DNA from: Octopus sinensis | Lineage: Eukaryota | Direction of reading: 5' to 3' | DNA: 64,000 nucleotides | Assembly (NCBI RefSeq): GCF_006345805.1 | Contig: NC_043005.1 | Span: 8,184,001 to 8,248,000 of the forward strand | Notes under the pieces: generated by a model | Told to the model about the DNA's origin: nothing | The model's database searches: none | The model's input: the letters and a program-made list of their open reading frames with translations, nothing else | Shown: piece after piece, positions 1 to 13,192 of the stretch | Numbering within the stretch: position 1 is the stretch's first letter | Layout of the letters: each line of letters starts with the position of its first letter | Made by a program: the position numbers and the translations under genes

Positions 1-591
1 GATATTTATCCATCTCCAGCCATCTTTAGTTACACTATTATTCTTCAATGTTTTCATTTGATATTATACGTTGGACGAAGCCAATCTCTTCTCCATTTTT
101 AACTGACGGCTGCAATAGCATAATGGGTTTTACGAGCATTCAATACTACTAACATTATATACAACACTTTTTTTTCCTTCTTTCATTTTAGATATTACTC
201 GTAATACGATGTTCTAAAAAAATGATATGTGTTTAAAATTGACTTCGCCCTAAACCAGTTCATCCACCGCACCAATGGCTTTCCTTACTGTCATGATATT
301 TTAGTTTGTTTTTGTCATTGGTTTGGTTGTTATTTCCTTTATAGTACATATTTTGTTTTCTCTGGTTGTCTATAAAGCTTGGCTTCTATCAATATGACAC
401 CGATGCTAATCAATAAAATAGATGTAGTTTAAAAAGATAAATAACAGTCATAACATTAGTCAACGTATATTGTTCAATGCCATAAATTTATCTCTCTGGC
501 TGCCTGCCTGCCTATATACTATACACACATTCTAATGTATGTATGTATCTTCTGTCTGTCTGTCTGTCTTTTTGTTTGTCTATCTATTAGC

Positions 592-655
<64 letters not shown>

Positions 656-664
656 CTTTATATA

Positions 665-846
665 AAAGCATCAGAAATATAACAAAAGCTGTTACTCAGA
701 GTTTCACGTTCCCGTTCGACAACGTGAAACTCTGAGTAACATCTTTTGTTATATTTCTGCTGCTTTGAAATAAAGCATATTACTCTACCTCTCGCATTTG
801 AGTACTCTTTTTTCCACCTTGGTTCACATTTATGTGCTTACTTCGG

Positions 847-848
<2 letters not shown>
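665..848. mobile_element. Fold-back (46-bp arms, 10-nt loop) of a short non-coding repeat carrying the 3' half of a hammerhead motif; same family as 16619-16780
   Basis: 665-710 is the near-perfect reverse complement of 721-766. 767-848 matches the reverse complement of 16619-16700. Minus strand reads ACG-GGAA-CGT GAAA CTCTGAG TA ACAG. Flanked by (TA)n on both sides. Confidence 0.7.
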
Positions 849-893
<45 letters not shown>

Positions 894-909
894 TATATAT
901 ATAAATTAT

Positions 910-1520
910 AATTTCTAAATCTCTCTAAAGGAGAGATACAGCAGCAGTACTGGGTACTAATATTTATTGCCAGACTAACGTGGCAGTCCAGAGAATTTGG
1001 ACGAATGCTGCTGTTCATTTGCTGCGAGAGACGATCGGTTCTAGCTAGCTACATGATGCACGGACCTGCGTCTATAAACCTTTGAACAGGGGAGCTCATC
1101 AACTTCCCTTTGCTGGCTAGGTACCTACAGACCTGTTTCGGGGTAGTTTCCTCCTGATCAATACGGAGCAGCCGAGTCCAGCTGTTCGAAGATTTTCTTT
1201 ATATATATTCAGTGAAATACATGCAAAAATAGACATGTCATAATTTTTAAATATCTCTAAAGGAGAAATGCAGAAGCAGTACTAAAAGAGCAGCAACGAC
1301 CCCTGCCGGACTCAGCTGCTCCACATTGACAAGGGGCAACTACTACGATACCGGTCTGTGGTGCTTCGCCAGCAAAAGGGAGTTGATGACCTCCCCTGTT
1401 CGAAAGTCTATGGATCGCAGGTTCGTGCGTCATATAGCTTAGCTAGAAGCGATCGCCTCTCGGAGCTAATCAACAGCAGCAGTCGTCCTATTTCTCTGGA
1501 CAGCTACGTTAGTCTAGCAT
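910..1520. mobile_element. Two diverged, mutually inverted copies of a ~360-bp HHR-bearing repeat (family of 11336-11822)
   Basis: ~968-1180 is the reverse complement of ~1305-1520, and both align by eye to 11515-11800. Degenerate HHR motifs at 1125-1166 (-) and 1321-1361 (+). Confidence 0.65.
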
Positions 1521-1697
1521 TTGGGTATAATATATGTTTCGACTCGCTCTGAGTCTCTTCAGGTACATCAATAAAAAGTCTCACTAGAGATTTCTTGAGT
1601 CGGCTTACGTACCACTATATGTCCATCAAATTCGAGAATGAGTAAAATCAGAGAAAAATTATTGAAACACAAAAAAATTAAATATGAACGTGGAAAG
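1521..1697 (-). mobile_element. ~175-bp repeat with HHR-like motif; inverted partner of 2880-3057
   Basis: Reverse complement matches 2880-3057. Minus strand reads GTAC CTGAAGA GACTC-AGAGC-GAGTC GAAA CATATA. Confidence 0.65.
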
Positions 1698-1895
1698 TAT
1701 ACATTCAAAAGAAAATGACTTAATCCGCTTTCGCTGTTGTAACGTTAAGAGAAAGAAAAGGAAGTAGAAGTTGAAAGGAAGATAATACTTAGATGAAAAT
1801 TCTTTTTGTGTTCGTACTTAGAGGCATATATAAATACGCAAATATACATATAAACGAACATATACATACGCGCTCACAGGTGCATAGCAAAGTAT

Positions 1896-2280
1896 GGAAG
1901 CACTCCGTCGGTTACGACGACGAGGGTTCCGGTTGATCCGAATCAGCGGAACAGCCTGCTCGTGAAATTAACGTGTAAGTGGCTGAGCACTCCACAGACA
2001 CGCGTACCCTTAACGTAGTTCTCGGGGATATTCAGCGTGACACAGAGAGTGACGAGGCCGGCCCTTTGAAATACAGGTACAACAGAAACAGGAAGAAAGA
2101 GTGAGAGAAAGTTGTGGTGAAAGAGTACAGCAGGGATCACCACCATCCTCCGCCGGAGCCTCGTGGAGATTTAGGTGTTTTCGCTCAATAAACACTCACG
2201 ACGCCCGGTCTGGGAATAGAAACCGCAATACTATGACCGCGAGTCCGCTGCCCTAACCACTGGGCCATTGCGCCTCCACA
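1896..2280 (-). mobile_element. tRNA-derived SINE, family B
   Basis: Minus-strand head TGTGGAGGCGCAATGGCCCAGTGGTTAGGGCAGCGGAC (A-box-like). Near-identical copy at 49181-49563. Flanking direct repeat CATAGC(A/C)AAGTAT. Confidence 0.85.
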
Positions 2281-2479
2281 TAGCCAAGTATATGGGTATA
2301 TATATACTACTAGATAAACACGCATACTCACACGAATGGATGAATATATACATATATATGTATAGGAACTCATATACTCAGGTACACACCTCTATATATA
2401 CATAAATGTGCGTACATAGCATAGATGAATATGTGCATAGATTCGTACGTAAAGCAAGATACACACGTCTGTGCAAAGC

Positions 2480-2534
<55 letters not shown>

Positions 2535-2879
2535 TCACACACACACACACACACGCGCGTGTTAATACACTCGCATAAAGATACATAAGTAAATACATAT
2601 ACGTAAGTATATATATATACATATACATACATACATACATATATATATATATAACACACACATATATATATGTGTATGCATATATACATATAAATATACG
2701 CCCGCATACTCGTATACACGTATTCACACTAATATACATATATACACCAACAGAAATGCAAATGCGCACAGGTGAATATGTAGAGATATATATCTATATG
2801 TACGTATAAACACACACGTATGCACATACACACATACATATATATATATACATACACACATACACGTACACATATATAA

Positions 2880-3057
2880 TTTCCACGTTCATGTTTGAAT
2901 TTATTGCGCTTCAATATTTTTCCTCTGATTTTACTCATTCTCAAATTTGATGGACATATAGCAGTACGTAAGCCGACTCAAGAAATCTCAACTGAGACTT
3001 TTTATTGACGTACCTGGAGAGACCCAGAACGGGCCGAAATGTGTTGTGCCCAATAAA
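2880..3057 (+). mobile_element. ~175-bp repeat with HHR-like motif; inverted partner of 1521-1697
   Basis: TTTATTG-AC-GTAC CTGGAGA GACCC-AGAAC-GGGCC GAAA TGTG TT GTGC-C-CAATAAA at 3001-3057. Confidence 0.65.
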
Positions 3058-3101
3058 GCCTATTACGCATTCCATCTCCTATTTTATTAATACTATATAT
3101 A

Positions 3102-3560
<459 letters not shown>

Positions 3561-4073
3561 ATAGATCAACAGGCTTCCTTCCAGAATGAAAAATCTAGAA
3601 GATTTTAGCGATTTGAAGGAATTATATTTTCTTTCACTGAAGCATTGGAAAGAATTCAATGCAATACACCAAGGAGAACGAATATATTTACAGTTTATAT
3701 GATCTTATGTAGAACAAATCTTTGAGGGAAACATTTCTTAGAAGTTTGGCAGCATTCATCGGGATCATTGTGAAGGATCGCTCGAGTATATGGCATTACA
3801 CAACATTATCTCAATATCTTCTAGAGTCTATACGAAGTTTGTGGTTGCTGTTTCATGATTGGCCATATTACCAAAATTATCACCATTACTGGTCTATGTC
3901 ATAGCTGTATCCTCTCGCCCTTTCTCTATCTGCAAGTAGTTTGTTTAATGATGAAGGGGGTGATATGTGAGAACGCTGCAGAACTACGGTGGAAGGTAAT
4001 CAGAAGTTTGTGTGACGTGATCTTTACAGATAGCATCGCAATCCTGGCCAATATAAAGATTTGTATTGCATTA

Positions 4074-4360
4074 ACTCTTTTACTCTTTTACTTGTTTCAG
4101 TCATTTGTGACGGGGACGTAAACACACCAGCATCGGTTGTCAAGCAATGCTAGGGGGAAACACACAAACACACACACACATACACATATATATATATATA
4201 CATATATACGACGGGCTTATTTCAGTTTCCGTCTACCGAATCCACTCACAAGGCATTGGTCGGCCCGGGGCTATAGCAGAAGACACTTGCCCAAGATGCC
4301 ACGCAGTGGGACTGAACCCGGGACCATGTGGTTGTTTAGCAAGCTACTTACCACAGCCAC
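4074..4360 (-). mobile_element. SINE family A, internally deleted
   Basis: Reverse complement of family A head and tail; lacks ~100 bp of the 3' half. Confidence 0.85.
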
Positions 4361-4808
4361 TTCTGCGCTTTTCCACCGATCATTAAAAAAAAGCAGGGAC
4401 GATGGAGCTCGATATAAACTGTAACCAAAATCCCAATTGGATGCGGATAAATGCCACAGCCCTGCTTTCTATTTTCACTGGTCAGCCGGTTGCACAAGAC
4501 ATGCACAGTTTCTGCTACCTAATAAGGCTCGTAAGTATAGGACCTAATGCAAAGAAAGAAATCCGCAACGAAAGGAATCTATTGCACTGTGTACGCCGAA
4601 CCTGGTAAGCTACTAGCATCAGTACGGGAATAAATGTTTATTTATAGTGCAATAATCTTGTCAATAGTTCTATATGGCTATGGACGTGAAAAGTATCGCG
4701 TAGCTGTCAAGAAACTAGACCAAAACTGTCTGATTCTGCAGAGGATATAAGATTAAAATGACAAAATCCTCTAAGCAAATTCAATAAAAACACTGTGTAG
4801 CAGCGTCT

Positions 4809-4954
4809 GATGTGTGTGTGTATGTGTGCGTGTGTGTGTGTGCGTGCGTGTGTGTGTGTGTTTGTGTGTGTGTGCGTGCGTGTGTGTGTGTTTGTGTGTG
4901 TGTGCGTGTGTGTTTGTGTGTGTGTGTGCGTGTGTGTGTGTGCGTGTCTGTGTT

Positions 4955-4987
<33 letters not shown>

Positions 4988-4997
4988 GCGCGCGCGC

Positions 4998-5028
<31 letters not shown>

Positions 5029-5169
5029 CGTGCGTGTGTGTGTGTGTATGTTTGTGTGTGTTTGTGTGTGTGTGCGTGTGTGTGTGTCTGTGCGTGTGTG
5101 TATGTTTGTGTGTGTTGTGTGTGTGTGTGTGCGTGTGTGTGTGTTTGTGTGTGTGTGTGCGTGCGCGCG

Positions 5170-5200
<31 letters not shown>

Positions 5201-5363
5201 TGTGTGTGTGTGTGCGTGTGTGTGTGTGTGTTGTGTGTGTGTGTGCGTTTGTGTGTGTGTGTATGTTTGTGTGTGTGTGTGTGTTTGTGTGTGTGTGTGC
5301 GTTTGTGTGTGTTTGTGTGTGTGTGTGTGTGTGTGTCTGTGTGTGCTTCTGTGTGTGTGTGTG
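4809..5363. repeat. ~550-bp compound (TG)n microsatellite with TGCG/TTTG interruptions
   Basis: Direct inspection. Confidence 0.95.
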
Positions 5364-5751
5364 AGTATGTATGTGTATGAGGTGTCGCCTTTATAACTGA
5401 AGTCTCATGACTAATGAAATGTTATCCTGTTTCACGTCAGCATTCATCAGGGTGCCAAAGCAGCAACATCAAAAAACAAGGTTGCTGGTTTCTTTTTGAA
5501 AAACTCGTGATGATGCGTAGTATTTACGAACATAAGTAATTTAGTAGAGCACGATAATTAAAAAAAAAAAACTAGGTCAAAAACCTTTAAGTGCTAAAAA
5601 TGTTTTTGGCAGATACTCTATATTGTTTAACAAGTGTAAATCAAAATTAACACGACTGCACACGGACACAAAGGCGTATTTTTTCATATGCATATACATA
5701 TATATATTCGTACCTATCAGGTTTCTGCCAAAACTGCGTCTTGTATACATA

Positions 5752-6678
5752 CAGGGTGCGATGGGTAAATTGTCGCCATTTTATATTTTAAATTTTGCGC
5801 ATGTGCATTGCTTGTTTTTAAATTTGTCGACCACAGAGTATGGTAGGGTCACTTGGGCACCATCTGTGAAAAAACAGCACCATGACACAATTCAATCTGC
5901 CAGAAATTTGGAAATGATATGCTGTACTGTTAGACATCTGTGACAGAAGCTCCTATACGAACATTTCAGGGTTTGGGTGTCAATCCGAGGACAGTGCAGC
6001 GGATTCAGAAGTGACTCTAATGGTGATTACGAAGGTTCAGCAGCTCGGAAAACTTACTCTAATCGTTCAGATGACAAGAACTCCTAAATTTGTTGGTGAG
6101 ATCCAGGCCATGATTGAAAAACGAACATGCTTTGGTTTTTCTCAGACGAGAAAAATTTCTGCCAGGAACACAGAGAACAACCGTTGGCTTGTCGTGTCCC
6201 CAAAACATGCACCGAGAGTGATAAAAATCAAACATCCAGTCAGCACCATGGTGTTTGGAGTGATTATTAGCAATGGCGACGTTATGCCTCCATTAATCTT
6301 CCCACACATCCTCAGCCTCAACATGGAGGCCTACATCAAATGCTTGAAGGAGGTAGTGCTACTCTGAATCAAGAGGATGGCTGCTGGAAGATTTCTGGTA
6401 TCAGGAATCTGCACTATGCCACACAAGCAACAGAACCCAGTCGTGGCTGTCAGAAAATTTCTACGACCACAATTAACTTAAACAAGGAGACCGTCCAGAA
6501 GAGTTACAGAAGATTCCGAAGTCGTCTAGAGGCCGTGGTTGAAGCCAATGGCGACTTTTTGAATAAATTTACTCTAGTGCTTCAAGATACTTTTTGTTAG
6601 CAGTATGTATTAAAATGAGATGTCAGTGTAATTTTCATATCTGCGTAATTTAGACGACAGTTTATTCAACTCACCCTA
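5752..6678 (+). mobile_element. Decayed, internally deleted Tc1/mariner-superfamily (maT/DD37D-like) DNA transposon
   Basis: Imperfect TIRs CAGGGTGCGATGGGTAAATTGTCG / CGACAGTTTATTCAACTCACCCT. Transposase remnants KHPVSTMVFGVIISNGDVMPP and RFRSRLEAVVEANGDF, broken by frameshifts. Confidence 0.8.
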
Positions 6679-6849
6679 CATACATACATACACATATATA
6701 TATATATATATATATGTATAGTGGCAGTTGTCTACTCCTTATGCAGAGTTTGACCACCTCCTATACCTACACCTTAGTACCATCATGGCGTCTGATGTGG
6801 CGTTTTATACCAGACAATGTTCTGAAAAGACAGCTACATACCCCATATA

Positions 6850-6933
<84 letters not shown>

Positions 6934-7011
6934 CTTATAAAAAAGAAGTTTGAAAACGCCACTATATAAGATAAATTTTAATTTTCTTAGAAATGTTACG
7001 TTTCGGGGAGA

Positions 7012-7062
<51 letters not shown>

Positions 7063-7092
7063 TTATATTATATATATATATATAATATAATG

Positions 7093-7159
<67 letters not shown>

Positions 7160-7185
7160 TATATATATGTATATATATGTATATA

Positions 7186-7375
7186 TTGGGTCATCCTATA
7201 AAGAATGCGGTTTTGTATACTTCTTTTATTTAAAAAATAAGATAAATAAAGCTGTTTTTTAATCTAAAATACACTCTCCTTCATTTTCTACAATGCCGTT
7301 CCATCTATCTGGTAGATTTGCAAGGCCCCTATCCAAAATTCCCTTATCCGTGACAAAAGATACTCTTCCAGTATT
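7186..7375 (-). mobile_element. mariner transposase C-terminal fragment with terminus
   Basis: Minus strand translates GLANLPDRWNGIVENEGE, the typical mariner C-terminal motif. Terminus TATTGGGTCATCC follows (TA)n. Confidence 0.65.
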
Positions 7376-7409
7376 GTGGACAACCAGATTAAGTTATAAA
7401 ATGTATTAG

Positions 7410-8270
7410 ATTCTCTGAATCACAAGTGAAGTTGGTTTTAATTTTGAACCTCTCTCCTTGTCGGAATAGAAGTTCCGAGCCTTTCAGTAGGTTGGGGAAC
7501 GTTCTACAATTCGGGCGTTCATATTTTTTAACCGTTGGTTTCTTGGCTGTTGTGTAAAGCTTTGCATTTGTTAGAAATCTTTTAATTTATTTGTGTAGCG
7601 TTTTGCATTTAATGAATTTATGTCTTTTCAGAATGTTGTACAGTTTGGGATCTCTAGTGAGCATAGGTAGATGTTGTACAATAGTGCTGTATAACTTATT
7701 GTTTCTAGGGTTGTCAGTCGATATATATATACTAGTGCTTTGAGTTGAGGTGTGGTGTGGTGTTACGTTTTGTTGCCCTTAGTGTTTTAATGTTTGATTT
7801 CTTAGCACGCTTAATTCCATCGTCTATAAATAAGGGAGGATATTCTTTTCCAGTTAGTGTTGTTCTGAGGTCTTGAAATCAAAGGTCCCTAGTATTTCTA
7901 TCAGACACTATAGTGCAAATCCATTTTGCTAAATTAAAGGGGATATTTCTTTTGGTGTGCTTCGGGTGGCATGAACTAAACAGGAGATAAAGCTTTGAAT
8001 CCGTTGGTTTCTGATAAATATCATTTCTTATTTGATTGTTGACATTATTTTATCATAATATCCGAGAAAGGGAGCTGTTCTTTGTTATATTCCATTGTGA
8101 ATTTAGGGTTTATATAATTTAGTATTCATTTGAATTCCAGAAGTTTATCAATGCTCTCCTTCCAAATGATAAAACAGTCATCCAGGTATCTTTACCAGTT
8201 CTCTCATATATAATGGTGAAAGGGATATCCATATTTCGCAAGAACAGGGACTGCTTTCGTTCCCATCGCA
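7410..8270 (-). pseudogene. Penelope-like element (Neptune-like) RT/thumb/linker fragment
   Basis: Minus strand gives [10 protein letters not shown] (8170-8195), KFTMEYNKEQLPFL, IYQKPTDSKLYLLFSSCHPKHTKRNIPFNLA and RPNC. Stops and frameshifts present. Confidence 0.8.
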
Positions 8271-8328
8271 AATATATAAATTTTATTATTATTATTATTA
8301 TATTATTATTATTATTATTATTATATAT

Positions 8329-8396
<68 letters not shown>

Positions 8397-8465
8397 GCAG
8401 TGCTCCAGCATACCGGTGTAAAAATTGACAGAAAAAAAGTAAAAGAATATATAAATATATAAATA

Positions 8466-8515
<50 letters not shown>

Positions 8516-8550
8516 TATATATATATACACATACATACATACATAAATAC

Positions 8551-8590
<40 letters not shown>

Positions 8591-8593
<3 letters not shown>

Positions 8594-8713
8594 TGCCGAA
8601 GTTTTATCTTGACTATTGAGTAAATGTAACATATTATTTTATAGATACATTTCCTCTATTTACATAATATTGAGGTCTCTTTCTTTCTTTTGTTATCTTA
8701 CCGTTTTTACCAA
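8591..8713 (+). mobile_element. Solo 3' tail of the Naiad-type PLE
   Basis: Matches 59495-59601. Embedded in (TA)n. Confidence 0.8.
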
Positions 8714-8794
8714 TATATATATTTACATATATACACATGTGTGTGGGTGTCTGTATGTATATATGTATGTATGTAAGTATACGTATATATATAT

Positions 8795-8825
<31 letters not shown>

Positions 8826-8850
8826 GTATATTATATATATATATATATAT

Positions 8851-8888
<38 letters not shown>

Positions 8889-9351
8889 TTCTTATATATA
8901 TACACATGTGTGTGGGTGTCTGTATGTATATATGTATGCATGTAAGTATGTATATATAATATATATATATATATATATATCTACATGTATACACACAACA
9001 CGCACACATATGTATAAACTATATATCATCTAAATATTTTGAGGAGTACTTTATTTTGCAACATGAAGAGTAATTCTATCGAAATATGGCGCTGAATTAA
9101 CCGGTAGAGCAAAGATTATAAGAAAATACCTGCCCGTCTTAAAAATTTAAAAAGTAGCGGGGTCGATTTGTTCAATTAAGCCTTTCATGGCGGTGCTCCA
9201 GAATGACTGCAATCCAGGGGCTGAAGCAAGTAAAAGATAAAAGGAAGAACATAATATATCTAACGTAAACATATAGTAACACGCGATGAGTTGACGAGTA
9301 GCGTCGATTTTTACAATATTCTAAATAATAATAGTATTTTATAAGCATAAT

Positions 9352-9546
9352 TTTTTATAAGCGCTGAGCGGGCAATGACTGGAGAAAATAGTCTGATAAT
9401 GGGGCATATAATGGTCTAATAATCGGACATATAAGCCCTCGATGGAAAAAAGTGGCGACGGGGAAAACCTACTTTTTCCGTCGAGGGCTTATATGCCCTA
9501 ACATTAGACTATTTTCTTTAGACATTGCACGGCGATTGTTTATAAG
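9352..9546. mobile_element. Palindromic MITE-like element
   Basis: CATATAAGCCCTCGATGGAAAAAAGT / ACTTTTTCCGTCGAGGGCTTATATG plus outer arms GAAAATAGTCT / AGACTATTTTC. Confidence 0.6.
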
Positions 9547-11335
9547 CTTACATATTTTATTATTTCTATATCAGAATAAGAGATGAAACTTCTAACACGT
9601 ACCTGTTTGTGTTTGTGTGTATGTGTATCTTTAGATACATACATGCATATACTTATTTATTTATATACTCGTATATATATGTACATACATATGTATGTGT
9701 GTGTGTGTTTGTGTGTGATCTGGGGGTGTGTAAGTGTGTTTCTTGTTGTTGCTTTTGTCCTCTCAGACAGCTGACAATAATTTTCTCTTTAGCTTGCAGT
9801 TTTTAAAATATGAGATGAATCATATACATTCCGGTTACTGTTTCTCTAGTTGCATCATATTATTATATAGTGCTCTTGCAAGCTGCCCTTGGCAGATTGT
9901 TTGTTGACAACTTCCTTCATATCAAAATAATGTAGATTTAGCAGCTGGGAACCGTTTGTATCAAGACATTAACCTATTTCCTAAAAGCTGCAATAACTTG
10001 TGAAAATATCGGCATACTTGGAGATCAAATTTCTCGACTATTTGTTCTACGTTCTAAAACATTTTTTCTATGTTTATTCTATGTTATAGGTCGCTCCGTT
10101 TTTGAAGCACACACTATTTTATCGAAGTATAAATATGATTTAATAGTGTAGAGTAAGAAAAAAAGTATTGTACAAATATATTATACTTTTACCTTTCTCT
10201 CAACTGACAAGTTCAACCACTAAATTCGTGGGTGTATCTGTTTTGTGCAGCGCTTTTAAGACTTGTTTGTTTATTTGAATATTCTTGTGTCATCGCTTGC
10301 ATCGCAAAAACACTATAGCAAGAAAGTAACACATTTTTATCAATAATTACTAAGCAAAAAAAAATCTTTGTTTTTTGAAATGTTGTATATATTAAGTAAT
10401 AATTGTTTCTAAAATAAAATAATTATTTCTAACATTTTGTCTTTATTAATATAGACGGAATTTCTTTGGTTCCTATTTGTTAGATTTATTCTAAACATTC
10501 TTTCCCAATTACAAAGCAGAATGGGTGGTGATGTGTATCAAACGTTGATCTACTTGTTTACAAATATATTATTCATGATTAAATTATTTTAGTGTTGATT
10601 ACAGAGAAAGAAAATAACTAATGAAAATGAAGGATATTAGACACATTCAAAAGGACATAACATATTAATATTTTCCTTTGTTGATTGTTTAAACCATTCT
10701 TGAATCGTTCATGAATCTCTCTTTCTTAATAATCAGAATTCTTCATAAGGTATAACGACTCGTTCAAATAAAAGCAGATTTTGTCGAGTGTTCGTTTAAA
10801 AATTACATCTTTAAGCAATTAACTGACGATATACTGACTATTTAGCATGTAACATATTGATTCAGTCCGATTTACAGTCTCTTATAAAACGAGTACTGAA
10901 ATTCAGTGACAAGAGGAAAGCCATGCGACATGTGTAAAATAGAAATGTGTGCGAGCTGACGGCGTGGGATGCCATGAACTAGCTGAGATGTACAAATCCT
11001 TCAAGTAGATCTTAGACGAAAGTACGAATTACTCAAAAATACACGTAATTATGTAGTCACATTGTAAACAAGATGGATCTTCGTTAAGGTACTGATAGAT
11101 TACTCGTTAACCTTACCAGGAAAGATGAAGCAAGATGGTTATGCCTGAAATAATTTTAATCATATATCTGCTCGTTCAGTAACAATCTAGGGTTACAGGA
11201 CAGTAATACATTGTTATACACAAGGAACGAACAATATTACATGGTGTGGAAAATATATTTTTGATACACACATACACACAAACACGTATATACGTACACA
11301 TTTGTGCTATTAGATATATATTTATATATACATAT

Positions 11336-11822
11336 GGAGCTAATCAGCGACAGCTTTAGTTTTATTTATAGACTGCCATATTAGTATGGCAATAACTATT
11401 AATACCTAGTAACGCTGCCGTAATCTCCTTTAGAGAGACTTAGTAATTTTAATATTTCTATTATTGAAAACAAGTGGATGTATTCCACTGTAACTAGGTA
11501 AATAAAATCTTCGAACAGAGAGTCAGTAGTGACACCTGCTGGTTCTGGCTACGCTGCATTGATGAAGGGCAACAACACTGAAACATGTCTGCAGATGTCT
11601 GACTAGGAAGATGAAGCGGCTGACATCCCCTCTTCGAAGGTTGTAATGGACGCAGGTTCGTGTGTCAAATAGCTAGCTAGAGGCGATGGCCTCTGGGAGC
11701 TAATCAGCGACAGATTTAGTCTTGTTTATAGACTGCCATATTAGTATGGCGATAACTATTAATACCCAGTAACGCTGCCGTAATCTTCTTTAGAGAGACT
11801 TAGTAATTTTAATATTTCTATT
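11336..11822 (+). mobile_element. Partial tandem (~1.35 units, period 360 bp) non-coding repeat containing one hammerhead motif
   Basis: 11336-11463 recurs at 11696-11823. HHR at 11554-11594. Bounded by TA-rich tracts. Confidence 0.75.
11554..11594 (+). ncRNA. Minimal type I hammerhead ribozyme motif (C3U variant)
   Basis: Stem I CTGCA/TGCAG; core TTGATGA; weak stem II; GAAA; palindromic stem III ACATGT; GUC site. Confidence 0.6.
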
Positions 11823-11843
11823 ATATATATATATATATATGTG

Positions 11844-11905
<62 letters not shown>

Positions 11906-12146
11906 AATATATATATGTGTGTGTGTGTGTAGGTTGTATGCATATCTTTAAATCGAAAAACAAAAACAGAACAAACACAAAAAAAACAAGAGCGCGAGGA
12001 CGTGGTACATACAAATTATAAGCAGACGCTCAGGGAAGAAAAAATGTGGTCTTACGAGTAAAGCTCTTCTTCGGAAATAGGAGAGTCCAACAGAAAAGGA
12101 AGACGCTGGAAACAAGTAGCCAACGATTCACATGTGGTTACATTCG

Positions 12147-12200
<54 letters not shown>

Positions 12201-12559
12201 GCATGCATGCATACATACATAAATTCATGTGTATGCATATATATATGTATGTTAGAATATATGCATATATATATATAGTCAAAACTACTATAATAACCAC
12301 ATTGTACTGAATGCGAGGGAATGCAACTCTCGAAGCGAGCCTCCTAAAACAGACTCAGCCGCATATCATATGATTTCGTAATTAGTGCACAAAATGCACT
12401 TTTCACTCGTCAGTGCAAGCATAGTCAAGACATATAAAAATAAACAAAATTCAATATACCAGACGAACACCACACGTATCCAGCATAGTAAATAGAAACT
12501 GTTTACACTTTTATATCTATGTAAGAGGCGGCTTTTCGAATTGCATCCGTACGCTGGTC

Positions 12560-13192
12560 GACAGTCCAAATGAAGCAAGTAATATTCTCCGATGAGTCCT
12601 GTTTTTCTCTTTTCCCCACTGCAGGACGAGTTTATGTGTGGAGGTAGCCCTAGAGGTTTTTGATCCTGACTGACCTCTTCCTACAGTGAATCATGGAGGA
12701 ATGCCAGCGACGGTTTGGGCAGCCATTTCTTGGAAGTCTTTCGGTCCAATCATTGCCCTACATGGTAGGATGGACAAGAATCATTTATCGGAATATTTTG
12801 GGTAATCAAGTCCTTCCTATGGTCCAGACATTATTCCCTGATGTTGAGTGCGGCTTCCAAGATGACAATGTCCAATATCCATCTCTCATGTGGTTAAGAA
12901 TTGGCATGAAGAACATAGTAGTGATCTACCACATATGGAGTTGCTCCCTCAATTTCCAGACCATAATATTATTGAGAATCCGAGGCCTCTTGGAGCGATA
13001 AGTTAGAAGTCGATACCCTCCACCGTCGTGTCTGCAACAGTTGGAGCACGTTTTGCAGGAAGAATGGCTCATGATCCATCTCAATGAAGTCAGGAAGCTG
13101 TGTGAATCAATTCCCTGACGCATCGAAGCTGTTCAGAAATATATATTCATTGAATTTAACATTTGTTCCAATTATTTTTTAAAACCCTTGTA
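12560..13192 (+). pseudogene. Decayed Tc1 (DD34E-type) transposase and 3' end
   Basis: Remnants PTVNHGG, YRNILGNQVLPMVQTLFPD..FQDDN, PPPSCLQQLEHVLQEEW, RIEAV, across stops and frameshifts. Confidence 0.8.

Noticed and set aside
1381-1420. TTGATGA...GAAA second hammerhead-like motif in the 360-bp family
   Set aside because: No stem II pairing, and GAAA is not conserved in the other two copies.
5415-5456. Minus-strand CTGATGA ATG-CTGA-CGT GAAA CAGGA TA hammerhead-like string
   Set aside because: Stem I and stem III do not pair and there is no second copy in the window.
12040-12085. Degenerate minus-strand CCGAAGA..GAG/CTC..GTAA motif (similar remnant at 22450-22482)
   Set aside because: Too decayed to assign stems I and III.
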